Positions 48,026-57,160 of a DNA stretch of 64,000 nt are shown here, one piece after another. The notes under the pieces are model-generated. The model was not told the DNA's origin. It was given only the letters and a program-made list of their open reading frames with translations, and did no database searches. The first letter of the stretch is position 1. Each line of letters begins with the position of its first letter. Location of the stretch: assembly GCA_902768795.1 (NCBI GenBank), contig CACXMS010000004.1, positions 10,978-74,977 of the forward strand. The letters are read 5' to 3'. The translations under genes and the position numbers were made by a program. Origin of the DNA: an uncultured Eubacteriales bacterium. GTDB taxonomy: Bacteria > Bacillota > Clostridia > Christensenellales > CAG-138.

Positions 48026-49908
48026 TGCAGACGCAGGCAGTAGAGCCGCGGCGAGGATCCCGTCGTCGCAACGCAGATGTAGTTTCCGTACGCAACCGGG
48101 GTCGCCTCAATGCTGTCGCCGAGATTCAGCGCATACAGGGAGTTTTCCCCGGGATTCACCGCGCGATACAGACGGATCGCGCCGACGCGGTCGCAGGTGA
48201 TCAGATACGCGTCGCCGCGCGCAGTGTAGACAAGCAGCGGCGAGGAAACATAATCCGCCGCGCCGATCTGCTTGATCTCCCACCGCACTTCGCCGCTTGC
48301 GCGCTCATACGCGACGACCTTGCCGCCGTACGTATACTTCACATTGCCTTCTTCGTCCACGGTATCGACCGCAAGGCCGTAATACGCGCAGATCAGAAGG
48401 TCGCCGACCGTTCCGCGGCCGAGCGCAGGCGTCGCTTTGCAGCCGCCCTTCATGCTTTTCCCGGTGATCGGATCGAGAACCTGCACAAGCTGTTTCTGCT
48501 CCCAGACGATCTGTCCGGTCAGACCGTTGATTTTCTTCGTATAGCAATAGCCGTAGCCGCGCGGCAGGGATTCGTCCTGCGCGTCGGTCTGCCCCGATGC
48601 GTACAGCCAAACCGTCCCCGCGCCGCCGTCCTCCTCGAGGACGATCGAAGCGTCCGCGTCATTGCCGAGATCGACGACAAACTGCAGCTTCAGCGTGTTC
48701 ACGTCGACGCACTGCAGCCGTCCGCCGTTGTCCGCCAGATACAGATAGTTGCGGAACGCGGTCACGCTCGATTCGTAGCCGTACCAGCGCTTGTCCGCCG
48801 CCGCGCCCGTCGTGTAATCGGCCGCCTGATAGCGGTACTTGATCTTGTCGCCCGGCGTGATCGAGAGCGTGTGCGCGGCCGCATCGTAAGCGGTGTTCAG
48901 CCTGATCAGGTACAGAAGCCCGTTTTCACTCGGCCAGATCAGCGTGTCTTCAATGATCAGCGGGCTGGAATCGAACGCCGACCAGTTATCGCGCCGCGCG
49001 GTATGGTCCTTGCCCGAAACGATCGTCTGCGCGGTGTTTGTCACAAGATTCACGCCGAAGCACGCGGACTTGTTTGTCTCATACGACGTTCCCTGCCCGA
49101 TATACAGCATCGGAATGCCGCGCGGATCGAGCGTCGGGGAACCGAACATCGACGCGCCGACGCTGATCGGCTCGCGCGTTTTGTTCCCGCTGTCCAGCTC
49201 ATAAAAGTAGATCATGCCGTCTGCGGCGCATTGAATGACCTCGGTCAGCGAATCGCCGCGCTTATAGGTATCGAGCACGCCGATCGCCTGCAGCGTTTCG
49301 CCTTCCCACGTCACGATCAGCGGCTGACCGGTCCAGGTCGCGCCCGAAAACGTCCCGAGCCCGCTGAGGCCCTGCGACCAACGCTCCGTCAGCGTTTGCA
49401 TGGAAACGTTCGCCGTCCCGTATGCGCGCGAATTGCGGTAGTTGTTGCCCGAAAACGTCGTAATGCCCTTGACAGACGTATATTCCGCATCCGTGCCGAA
49501 CAGGAAATCCGTTTCGACCGGATTCGAGGTATAGGTGTCCTCACGGTTGTTGCGCCGGATATCATAGGTGAACCCGAGGTTCGCCGGCTTTGCGGCGTCG
49601 ATCGGATTGACCACATACGCAAGATCCTTGTCCAGCGCAGGCGGCGCGTCGATCACGGTCGCGTTGGTGCTGTCGGTTTTGGAAACGGCGCTTTGCGTGT
49701 CGGTGCCGGACGATTCGGTTTCGATCACCGTACTGCCGAGCGTCAGCGCGTCGGGCGATCCGACGCATCCCTTCAGCGCAGCGCAGGACGAGCTTCCGTA
49801 TACGATCGCCACGACCAGCAGCGTCACGCTGATCAGCAGGATGAATACAGAAGCCACAAACAGCAGAAATCGCGGATGAATGGTTCTCGTTCGATCGCGT
49901 CTTGACAT
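48022..49908 (-). CDS. Membrane-anchored PQQ-like/BamB-like beta-propeller repeat protein
   Basis: Start trimmed to MSRRDRTR (GGAGG RBS). TM FLLFVASVFILLISVTLLVVAIVYG. Repeated beta-propeller-like blades (..GRLQCVDVNTLKLQF.., ..GKVVAYERASGEVRWE..). Confidence 0.6.
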   Translation of the reverse strand: MSRRDRTRTIHPRFLLFVASVFILLISVTLLVVAIVYGSSSCAALKGCVGSPDALTLGSTVIETESSGTDTQSAVSKTDSTNATVIDAPPALDKDLAYVVNPIDAAKPANLGFTYDIRRNNREDTYTSNPVETDFLFGTDAEYTSVKGITTFSGNNYRNSRAYGTANVSMQTLTERWSQGLSGLGTFSGATWTGQPLIVTWEGETLQAIGVLDTYKRGDSLTEVIQCAADGMIYFYELDSGNKTREPISVGASMFGSPTLDPRGIPMLYIGQGTSYETNKSACFGVNLVTNTAQTIVSGKDHTARRDNWSAFDSSPLIIEDTLIWPSENGLLYLIRLNTAYDAAAHTLSITPGDKIKYRYQAADYTTGAAADKRWYGYESSVTAFRNYLYLADNGGRLQCVDVNTLKLQFVVDLGNDADASIVLEEDGGAGTVWLYASGQTDAQDESLPRGYGYCYTKKINGLTGQIVWEQKQLVQVLDPITGKSMKGGCKATPALGRGTVGDLLICAYYGLAVDTVDEEGNVKYTYGGKVVAYERASGEVRWEIKQIGAADYVSSPLLVYTARGDAYLITCDRVGAIRLYRAVNPGENSLYALNLGDSIEATPVAYGNYICVATTGSSPRLYCLRLQ

Positions 49909-49929
49909 GCTCGCCTCCGATTTTATCCT

Positions 49930-49958
49930 ATTATAGCGTATCGGCGCCGTACTTGCAA
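49930..49958 (-). promoter_or_regulatory. Promoter of the propeller-glycosylase-deacetylase-LRR operon
   Basis: Minus strand reads TTGCAA, 17 nt, TATAAT, 21 nt before the GGAGG RBS region. Confidence 0.7.
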
Positions 49959-50054
49959 CCGTGCGATTGCGGCAATTGTGCAACTTTTATGAGAAAAATC
50001 ATCCGTAAATACCCGTGCCTGGGCCGCTTTTTTGTTTCTCTTTCCCCTGTAAAG

Positions 50055-50145
50055 CAGCGAAAAGCGCATTTTTGCGTTTTTCATCCTATAAGTATTCTTT
50101 TCCAAAATCCGCCGAAAACGGTCCTGGCCATTTCCTGACAGTCTG
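50055..50145. repeat. MITE-like intergenic element, copy C (right-half fragment)
   Basis: Aligns with the right ~90 bp of copies A and B (GAAAAGCGCA/TGCGTTTTT hairpin, TATTCTTTTCC, GGTCCTGGCC, ACAGTCTG end). No matching left inverted repeat seen. Confidence 0.6.
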
Positions 50146-50178
50146 AAGCGGCTGCCGCAGGAATGCGGCAGCCGCTTC
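50145..50178 (-). terminator. GC-rich hairpin downstream of the ABC ATPase gene
   Basis: 14-bp stem GAAGCGGCTGCCGC, loop AGGAAT, GCGGCAGCCGCTTC. Weak U tract, so efficiency is uncertain. Confidence 0.45.
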
Positions 50179-50196
50179 GCTTCAGTTTGTATTCGA

Positions 50197-51321
50197 TCAG
50201 AACAGGAGGTTCTTTTCGGTTTCGGGATCGAAGAAGTGCATGACTTTGCCTTCGAAGGTGACATAGAGCTTCGCGCCGCTGACCATGCCTTCGCGCTGCT
50301 GGGGCGTAAGGTCGATCGTCGGGATGCGGACGATGAGGCGCGTGCCGTCCTCGGTGTAAACGTGCAGATGCAGCTCGGAGCCCATCATTTCATTGACCTC
50401 GAGGGTTACCGGGATCGCATGCTCGCCCTGCTCCTTCGCAAGGACGATGTGCTCCGGACGAACGCCGAGCAGAATCTCTCCGCCCTCTACGTTCTTTTCC
50501 TTGAGCAGCTTGCCCTTTTCGCCGTCCACTTCGATCTTCGCGCCGAACGGCGTGACATAGTACTTGTCGCCCGCCTTGATCATGTTCGTGCGGAGAACGT
50601 TCATCTTCGGCGCGCCGATGAATTCTGCGACGAAGAGGTTTTCCGGCATTTCGAACACTTCCGTCGGGGTGCCGACCTGCATGATGTAGCCGTCCTTCAT
50701 GATGACGATGCGGTCGCCGAGCGTCATGGCCTCGGTCTGATCGTGCGTAACATAGATGAACGTCGTATCGAGCTTCTGACGGAGCAGGATGATCTCGGCA
50801 CGCATCTGGTTACGCAGCTTTGCGTCAAGGTTCGAAAGCGGTTCATCCATCAGGAAGACCTTCGAGTCGCGCACCATCGCACGGCCGATCGCAACACGCT
50901 GACGCTGTCCGCCGGACAGAGCGCGCGGTTTACGCATCAGGTACTGGGTGATGCCGAGAACCTCGGCAGCGTTCGTAACCTTGTTGTAGATCACGTCTTC
51001 CGGCATCTTCTGCAGACGGAGGGAGAACGCGATGTTGTCAAATACGGTCATGTGCGGATACAGCGCGTAGTTCTGGAAAACCATCGCGATGTTCCTGTCC
51101 TTCGGCTGGAGATCGTTGACGACCTCGCCGTCGATTTCGACCGTACCGTCGCTGATCTCTTCCAGACCGGCGACCATACGAAGCGTCGTCGACTTGCCGC
51201 AGCCGGACGGTCCGACAAATACGACAAACTCTTTATCCTTGATGTCGAGGTTGAAGTCGTGTACGGCGACGACGTTGTTATCGTATACTTTCTTTACGTT
51301 TGTAAGTTTTACACTTGCCAT
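50197..51321 (-). CDS. msmK: Sugar ABC transporter ATP-binding protein (MsmK/MalK/UgpC type)
   Basis: 374 aa. GPSGCGKST, LSGGQRQRVA, VFLMDEPLSNLD. C-terminal TOBE-like domain. Confidence 0.9.
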   Translation of the reverse strand: MASVKLTNVKKVYDNNVVAVHDFNLDIKDKEFVVFVGPSGCGKSTTLRMVAGLEEISDGTVEIDGEVVNDLQPKDRNIAMVFQNYALYPHMTVFDNIAFSLRLQKMPEDVIYNKVTNAAEVLGITQYLMRKPRALSGGQRQRVAIGRAMVRDSKVFLMDEPLSNLDAKLRNQMRAEIILLRQKLDTTFIYVTHDQTEAMTLGDRIVIMKDGYIMQVGTPTEVFEMPENLFVAEFIGAPKMNVLRTNMIKAGDKYYVTPFGAKIEVDGEKGKLLKEKNVEGGEILLGVRPEHIVLAKEQGEHAIPVTLEVNEMMGSELHLHVYTEDGTRLIVRIPTIDLTPQQREGMVSGAKLYVTFEGKVMHFFDPETEKNLLF

Positions 51322-51358
51322 ATCGGTGTACTCCTTTTCTTCACGTTAGAGTTCGGGC

Positions 51359-52252
51359 TTAACCCTTGACCGCGCCGCCCGTGACGCCTTCCACATAGTA
51401 TCTCTGCAAGCACATGAACAGGATCACGACCGGGATCGCGACGACGACGCCGCCTGCGCAGAACATGGTGTAGTAATTGTTCGTCATCGTATCGGTTGCC
51501 AGCCAGGACTGCAAACCGACTGCTACGTTGTATGCGCTCGGCGTAACGCCGCTCACGTATTTTGCAAATACGAAGTCGCCCCAGGGGCCCATGAACGCCG
51601 TCAAAACCGTGTAGATGACGATCGGCTTTGCAAGAGGCAGGATGATCTTGAACAGCACCTGCGATCTGGTCGCGCCGTCGACGCGCGCCGCTTCGTCCAG
51701 CGATTTCGGGATCGTATCGAAGAAGCCCTTCGAAACGTAGTATCCCATGCCGGACGACGCGCAGTAGACGAGGATCAGGCCGGGGATCGCGTTTGCGCCC
51801 GCCAGACCGAGGTCCTTCAGGACCTGGTACAGGATGATCATGGAGAGCATGCCCGGGAACATGCCGAGGATCAGCATGAACTGCATCAACGGCTTACGCA
51901 GTTTGAAGCGGAAGCGCGACAGCGTGTAAGACATGCACAGAACGATGATCGTCTGTACCACCGCGACGACGATCGCGATGATGAAGGTGTTCAGATACCA
52001 TTTCGGGAAATCGGACTGCCAGAGTTTAATGTAGTTATCAAAGCCCCATTTGAATTCGATTTCCGGGTGATGGAGCAGATAACGCGACATGGTCGTGGGT
52101 TCTACACGGAAGGACTGAATCACGATACACACGAACGGGATCAGCCAGATCACGCTGATAAAGACCAGGATGAGGTGAATGATGGTGTTGCTGATGCGCG
52201 ACGCCGCCTTCATGCCCATGTGTCTCTTCATAGAGTTTTCTGTCGTTTTCAT
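51359..52252 (-). CDS. Carbohydrate ABC transporter permease (MalG-like)
   Basis: 297 aa. EAA loop DEAARVDGATRSQVLFKIILPLAKP. Confidence 0.85.
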   Translation of the reverse strand: MKTTENSMKRHMGMKAASRISNTIIHLILVFISVIWLIPFVCIVIQSFRVEPTTMSRYLLHHPEIEFKWGFDNYIKLWQSDFPKWYLNTFIIAIVVAVVQTIIVLCMSYTLSRFRFKLRKPLMQFMLILGMFPGMLSMIILYQVLKDLGLAGANAIPGLILVYCASSGMGYYVSKGFFDTIPKSLDEAARVDGATRSQVLFKIILPLAKPIVIYTVLTAFMGPWGDFVFAKYVSGVTPSAYNVAVGLQSWLATDTMTNNYYTMFCAGGVVVAIPVVILFMCLQRYYVEGVTGGAVKG

Positions 52253-54015
52253 TATTGGAAATCCTCCTCATTCTTGACCGAGGGCAGAACGCTGTAAACG
52301 ACCAGCGAAATGGCGCCGACCACAATAAAGACGAGAATACCGATGACGGAAGCGAGATAATACTGCGAACCATCCTGCGCCGTGCCGGTCTGCGTGATCT
52401 TGAACAGCCAGGTGATCAGAAGGTCCGTGTACCCTACGTTGCCCGCGGCGCCGGAAGCTGCCGGGTTCGTCGGTCCGCCGCCTGTCAGCAGGTAGATGAC
52501 GTTGAAGTTGTTCATGTTGCCCGTAAAGCTCGTCAGAAGGTACGGACCGGTGATGAACAGCATGTACGGAAGCGTGATCTTGCTGAACTGCTTCCAGCCG
52601 CTTGCGCCGTCGATCTTTGCGGATTCATAAAGATCCGCCGGAATGTTCATCAGGATGCCGGTTGCGATCAGCATCAGGTACGGAATACCGATCCAGATGT
52701 TGATGATGATGACCACGATACGCGCCAGAACCGGGTTGTTGCCGCCGAGGAAGTCGATCGCTTCCGACGGCTTGATGAATCCGAGATCAATCAAAAAGCC
52801 GTTGATAAGACCGTTCAGACTGAACATCTTGGAGATGTACAACAGGGAGATGAACTGCGGAATCGCGATCGTCATGATCAGAATGGTTCTCCAGACCTTC
52901 TTGAGGTGGATGCCCTTCTTATTGATCGCCATTGCGACGAGGATGCCGAGGAAGTAGTTCGTGAACGTCGCAAAGACCGCCCATACCAGCGTCCACAGCA
53001 GAATCTCGCCGAACGTCGCGGAGTAGTTGACACCGCCGACGTCCCAGGAGAACATCGTCTTGAAGTTTTCAAAGCCGACCCAATGGAACAGACCGTTGTA
53101 CATACCGTCGTTGATCGAGGAATAGTTTGTGAACGCAACCAGGATCATGAAGACGATCGGCATGACCGTAAAGATCAGGATACCGAGAGTCGGGAGAGCG
53201 AGCAGCGTCTTATGGAACTGATCGTCCACAAGCGACTTCAGGTCGTCCTTGCCGCTCTTGAGCGGTTTTCCGGTACGAAGAATGTCTTCCGCGATTTTGT
53301 TCTGCTTGATATTGGTGTACCAGGTGTAAGCAAACGCGACAATGAAGAAAATTGTCAGAACGCCGTACAGCAGAATCCGGAACGACTGATCGCCGGGCGT
53401 CGATACCCACTGATCCAGCACTTCGTTATAGGCGCCGTGCGGATTCGGGGCAACCGTACCGAGCGAAGGCAGCATGGAAAGCCAATAGGCGCCGCCTTTC
53501 GGAATGACCATGTAGCCGATGAAAACGATCTCAAGCAAGAGGAACAGCAGGCCGCGAAGCACCTGGCCTCTTGTGATGTTGCCAAAGCCCATGACAACGT
53601 AGGAAATTTTGGTCTTCCAATCGCCGTGAATGAACGTTGTTACGATGCCTGCCAGGCCTTTTCCGATTCCGACAAAGAACTGGACGATCTTTTTGCCGGC
53701 GTTGGAGCAGAAAACGACAAGCCCGTTGCGCTCACGCGATTTGATGTAGGAGCCGCTCTGTACAACCTTTTTGTTGTACTGCGTGGTCCGGATCATTTCA
53801 TGAATTCCCAGATAAAGCAGGATAATGGCGCCGATCACCATGATCGCCGTAATCACTGCCCAAACCCAGAAGCCGTCCTCGCCGAACTGATAGGGCGTGA
53901 GGATCGATTTCTTGATTTTCGGGACAAGAACCGATGCAACCATCCACGAAATCCCCGCCAGAATGACGCCGAGCACGGTCTTTACTACCGCGGGGACTAT
54001 CTTTTTCTTATACAT
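52252..54015 (-). CDS. Carbohydrate ABC transporter permease (MalF-like, extended N-terminus)
   Basis: 587 aa. EAA loop YESAKIDGASGWKQFSKITLPYM. AAGGAGGG RBS. Confidence 0.85.
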   Translation of the reverse strand: MYKKKIVPAVVKTVLGVILAGISWMVASVLVPKIKKSILTPYQFGEDGFWVWAVITAIMVIGAIILLYLGIHEMIRTTQYNKKVVQSGSYIKSRERNGLVVFCSNAGKKIVQFFVGIGKGLAGIVTTFIHGDWKTKISYVVMGFGNITRGQVLRGLLFLLLEIVFIGYMVIPKGGAYWLSMLPSLGTVAPNPHGAYNEVLDQWVSTPGDQSFRILLYGVLTIFFIVAFAYTWYTNIKQNKIAEDILRTGKPLKSGKDDLKSLVDDQFHKTLLALPTLGILIFTVMPIVFMILVAFTNYSSINDGMYNGLFHWVGFENFKTMFSWDVGGVNYSATFGEILLWTLVWAVFATFTNYFLGILVAMAINKKGIHLKKVWRTILIMTIAIPQFISLLYISKMFSLNGLINGFLIDLGFIKPSEAIDFLGGNNPVLARIVVIIINIWIGIPYLMLIATGILMNIPADLYESAKIDGASGWKQFSKITLPYMLFITGPYLLTSFTGNMNNFNVIYLLTGGGPTNPAASGAAGNVGYTDLLITWLFKITQTGTAQDGSQYYLASVIGILVFIVVGAISLVVYSVLPSVKNEEDFQ

Positions 54016-54091
54016 TTACTACCCTCCTTATCACGACCGAGAGGAGAAACCGCCATTGACACGCAATGCAGTCGGACGGTTCGAATACTTC

Positions 54092-54134
54092 CTTTTGAAA
54101 AAATCGGTTGGAGCCGCATCAACGGCTCCAACCG
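54092..54134 (-). terminator. Intra-operon attenuating terminator after the binding-protein gene
   Basis: Minus strand reads CGGTTGGAGCCG, loop, CGGCTCCAACCG, then ATTTTTTCAAAAGG. Confidence 0.7.
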
Positions 54135-54207
54135 AAATCCGATGAAATCAGACCCGGTTAAAGCTCCTCCGCTTTAACACAATGGATCTATATTTCAATA
54201 GCGTCGA

Positions 54208-56352
54208 TTATTCCGCCAAGGCAAGAGTCAGGGTTCTTGCATTGATGTCAAGCGTGACAATGTAGTTGCCGTCCGCCTCAACCGGCACGTTGGCACCGCC
54301 CATCAGCAGCTCACCATCGGTGAGGCCGAAGTTCACAGCCCAGTCGCCGTTCGCACGAACTTTGAACTGATTGCCGGCCTTCAGCGCGATCTGTTCGGAT
54401 GTCCAAACGCCAAGTTCAGTCTCGGTCATCGCAGCATCGGTGCTCCAGCCGCTGCCTTCGAAGTCGCCGATCACGCCCCAGGTCGCGATCTTCTCAACGG
54501 TCAGCGTCGGCGCTTCAGCGTCCGGATTCAGGGCAACATAGTAGGTGCCGTCCTCTTCGACCTTCAGGTTGGTCTGACCGTCTGCCTTAACATTGCCTTC
54601 CTCATCGAGGCCATAGTTCAGCGCCCAAGCACCGTCTGCACGGACTTTGAACTCTTCGCCCGCCTTCAGAACGACAACCGCCTGCCAGAGTTTGGTTTCC
54701 TGATTGTCGAACATCGGGATGTCGGTATCCCAGTTGGTGCCGCAGATCGCGCCGATCAGCGCCCAGGTGTGGATCGCGTCGGGATCGGGTTCGGGAGTAG
54801 CGGGTGCTTCAACAACCGCGCCGCTCTCGTCGAGCAGTTCGAGCGTGAAGGCGTTGAGGTCGAGCTTAACGGTGTACTTGCCGTCGGCCGGAACCTGCAT
54901 GTTCGGACCATCCGGTACGCAATCCTGGCCGTAGTTGACGGACCAGCTTGCGCCCTGGCGAACTTTGAATTCTTCGCCCGCATGGAGCTCGAGCACGTCA
55001 GAAACGAACACGTTCGCTTCGGTCTCGGTCATCGGGAGGTCGGTATCCCAGTTGGTGCCGCAGACTGCGCCGATGACGGCCCAGGCGTTCTTCTCTTCTT
55101 CCGTCATGTTGAACAGAGCGGAGATCTTGTCATAGTAGTTCTGCAGAGCCTGCTTCAGACCTTCTTCGTCTTCCGCTGCCTTTACGTCATCCGCGATGAC
55201 CTTCGCGATATCCCACCAGGAGCCGTGGATCTGGCCCTGCGGACGGGAGTAAGCGTTCTGCTTCAGAAGAGCCGCGAGGCCCGGGTTGTTCTGGACCGCT
55301 TCGGAATTCTGAGCGTTGGTGTTGGACGGACCCCAGGCAAGCGCTTCGAAACGCTCCATCTGGCGGGCTTCGTCGGTGAGGTACTGAGCGAGCTTGTGGA
55401 GAGCAGCCGCGCGGGTCGCATCGTCCTGCGGCTTAATGCCCATCAGCTTGCAGCCGTTGAAGGAACCGAGGTGATACTCTTTGCCGTCAACTTCGAAGGA
55501 GGGCAGGTCCGTGACGCCCATCTTGTCGCCGAGCAGACCCTGGATGTCGCTGTACGCCCAGGTGCCGGTCACAACGATCGCCGCGTCGCTGGCAAATTCA
55601 GCGGCAGCGGAGGAGGACTTGTGCATCGGGGAATCGACGAGCTTCTTCATGCCCTTCGCAGCGATGAGACCTTCGGGGCTGTTAAACGTATCTTTAACAG
55701 AGATGAAGGAACCGTCGTCGCCGGTCGTCCATTCGGAGACGCAGCCGGTCGCGAAGAACCAGGACGCAATGTACCATGCAGAGGTGTTCGCTTCAAAAGC
55801 AAACCACTTGTTCGCCGCTTCGCAGTCCGCGATCAGCTTCTCGAGAGAGTCAACGTCTTCCTCCGGGATGACGGTCTTGTCATAATACATGAAGTAGCCG
55901 TTATCGGAGGTCAGCGGGTACGCATACAGCGTATCGCCGGAGGTCGCAGCCGCAACAACGCCGGGGTCGTTTGCCGCTCTCACCGTTTCCGCCGCCTTGT
56001 CGCCGAGTCTGTTCAGAGCGCCGCCCTGGACAAGACGAGCGAACTGGTCCTGCGCGAAGCAGTAGATGTCAGCGCCGGCAGAAATGTCGACGAGCATCTG
56101 GTCCGCACTCGTCGCCTCGGAAACCGGGTTGACCGTCGCGTTGAACTTGATGCCGAACTCGTTGCTGTTGTTGAAGTCCTCGATCTGCTTCTTGGTCAGA
56201 TCAACAGCGTTCTCACCGACCCAGACAGTGATGTCATAGGTTCCGGCAAGATCGTTGCCCGTGGTCGTCGGCTGCTCGGGAGTGGTTCCGGTGCAAGCGA
56301 CAAGCGCGAGAACCATGACGAGTGCCAGCACGATTGCTAACGTTCTTTTCAT
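54208..56352 (-). CDS. Extracellular solute-binding lipoprotein (maltodextrin/oligosaccharide type) fused to three C-terminal CBM-like beta-sandwich repeats
   Basis: Start trimmed to MKRTLAIVLALVMVLALVACTG (lipobox; AGGAGGAAG RBS). Solute-binding-protein body of about 430 aa. Then 3 units of W-x-[VL]-IG-x3-G-x-x-W-x-T-D..LKAG-x-[EQ]-FKVR-x-x-G-x-W-x-x-N-[YF]-G. Confidence 0.8.
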   Translation of the reverse strand: MKRTLAIVLALVMVLALVACTGTTPEQPTTTGNDLAGTYDITVWVGENAVDLTKKQIEDFNNSNEFGIKFNATVNPVSEATSADQMLVDISAGADIYCFAQDQFARLVQGGALNRLGDKAAETVRAANDPGVVAAATSGDTLYAYPLTSDNGYFMYYDKTVIPEEDVDSLEKLIADCEAANKWFAFEANTSAWYIASWFFATGCVSEWTTGDDGSFISVKDTFNSPEGLIAAKGMKKLVDSPMHKSSSAAAEFASDAAIVVTGTWAYSDIQGLLGDKMGVTDLPSFEVDGKEYHLGSFNGCKLMGIKPQDDATRAAALHKLAQYLTDEARQMERFEALAWGPSNTNAQNSEAVQNNPGLAALLKQNAYSRPQGQIHGSWWDIAKVIADDVKAAEDEEGLKQALQNYYDKISALFNMTEEEKNAWAVIGAVCGTNWDTDLPMTETEANVFVSDVLELHAGEEFKVRQGASWSVNYGQDCVPDGPNMQVPADGKYTVKLDLNAFTLELLDESGAVVEAPATPEPDPDAIHTWALIGAICGTNWDTDIPMFDNQETKLWQAVVVLKAGEEFKVRADGAWALNYGLDEEGNVKADGQTNLKVEEDGTYYVALNPDAEAPTLTVEKIATWGVIGDFEGSGWSTDAAMTETELGVWTSEQIALKAGNQFKVRANGDWAVNFGLTDGELLMGGANVPVEADGNYIVTLDINARTLTLALAE

Positions 56353-56478
56353 TCTTTTTCTTCCTCCTGTTACATTTTTGCTTTTTAAGCAATGAATAGA
56401 TCGGTCAAGGTTCGATTCCCTGTACCTGATAGAGTACAAGAAACAGGGAATCCCCTGTTCGTTCCTTTTCCGACTACT

Positions 56479-56507
56479 ATATTACCCCTATTTTTTCGGA
56501 TTGTCAA
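56479..56507 (-). promoter_or_regulatory. Promoter of the sugar ABC operon
   Basis: Minus strand reads TTGACA, 17 nt, TAATAT, leaving a 5' leader of about 120 nt. Confidence 0.65.
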
Positions 56508-56664
56508 CACAGTTTTTACGTGTGCTTTTCCTTTTTCTCAAACAATTTGTACATTATTCAATTTATCGTCGAACAGAAATTGTACGCGTCGTTTTTTCGT
56601 TAATTCTCAATCAACCGTAAACCGGCGGAAGAAATCTTTTTCGCGCAGATACGCCGTGTTCGGA

Positions 56665-57141
56665 TCATTCGGTCAGATCGGCATACGCAGCGTTCGCGGC
56701 ACGGCAGAAGTCGTCCGGCCCGAGGCAGAGCTGGCAGCCGATCCGCCCGCCCGAAACATAGATCGTATCGAACAGCATCGCCGTCTCGTCGATCCGCGTT
56801 GCGAATTTCTTTTTCATGCCGATCGCCGTACAGCCGCCGCGCACATAGCCCGTCAGCGCAAACAACTCCTTTTGCGGCAGCATCGAAACCGACTTGACGC
56901 CGACGGACTGCGCGCATTTTTTGAGATCGAGCGTTGCCTCGACGGGGATCACGAACACGTAATGATTGCGGTCCGAGCCGGTCGTTACCAGCGTTTTGAA
57001 CACGCGCTCCCGTTCCAGTCCGAGCCGATCCGCGGTCTCGACGCCGTCGGTGAACGCGTCGGCCGCATACTCCGTATGCGAAAACGCGACGCCCATCTGC
57101 TCCAGAATTCGCATCGCGTTTGTTTTTTGCGTATTTGCCAT
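56665..57141 (-). CDS. ybaK: Cys-tRNA(Pro)/Cys-tRNA(Cys) deacylase YbaK/EbsC
   Basis: 158 aa. KTNAMRILEQ start, KTLV, GGCTAIGMKKKF. Confidence 0.85.
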   Translation of the reverse strand: MANTQKTNAMRILEQMGVAFSHTEYAADAFTDGVETADRLGLERERVFKTLVTTGSDRNHYVFVIPVEATLDLKKCAQSVGVKSVSMLPQKELFALTGYVRGGCTAIGMKKKFATRIDETAMLFDTIYVSGGRIGCQLCLGPDDFCRAANAAYADLTE

Positions 57142-57160
57142 AATCCGCTCCCGGGCTTCC

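Noticed and set aside
48022-49908. Reading the PQQ-like propeller plus the PqqD-like gene (62137) as a PQQ cofactor system
   Set aside because: The names are misleading. No pqqA/B/C/E genes are present, the two genes are 12 kb apart, and PQQ-like propeller repeats occur widely without the cofactor.
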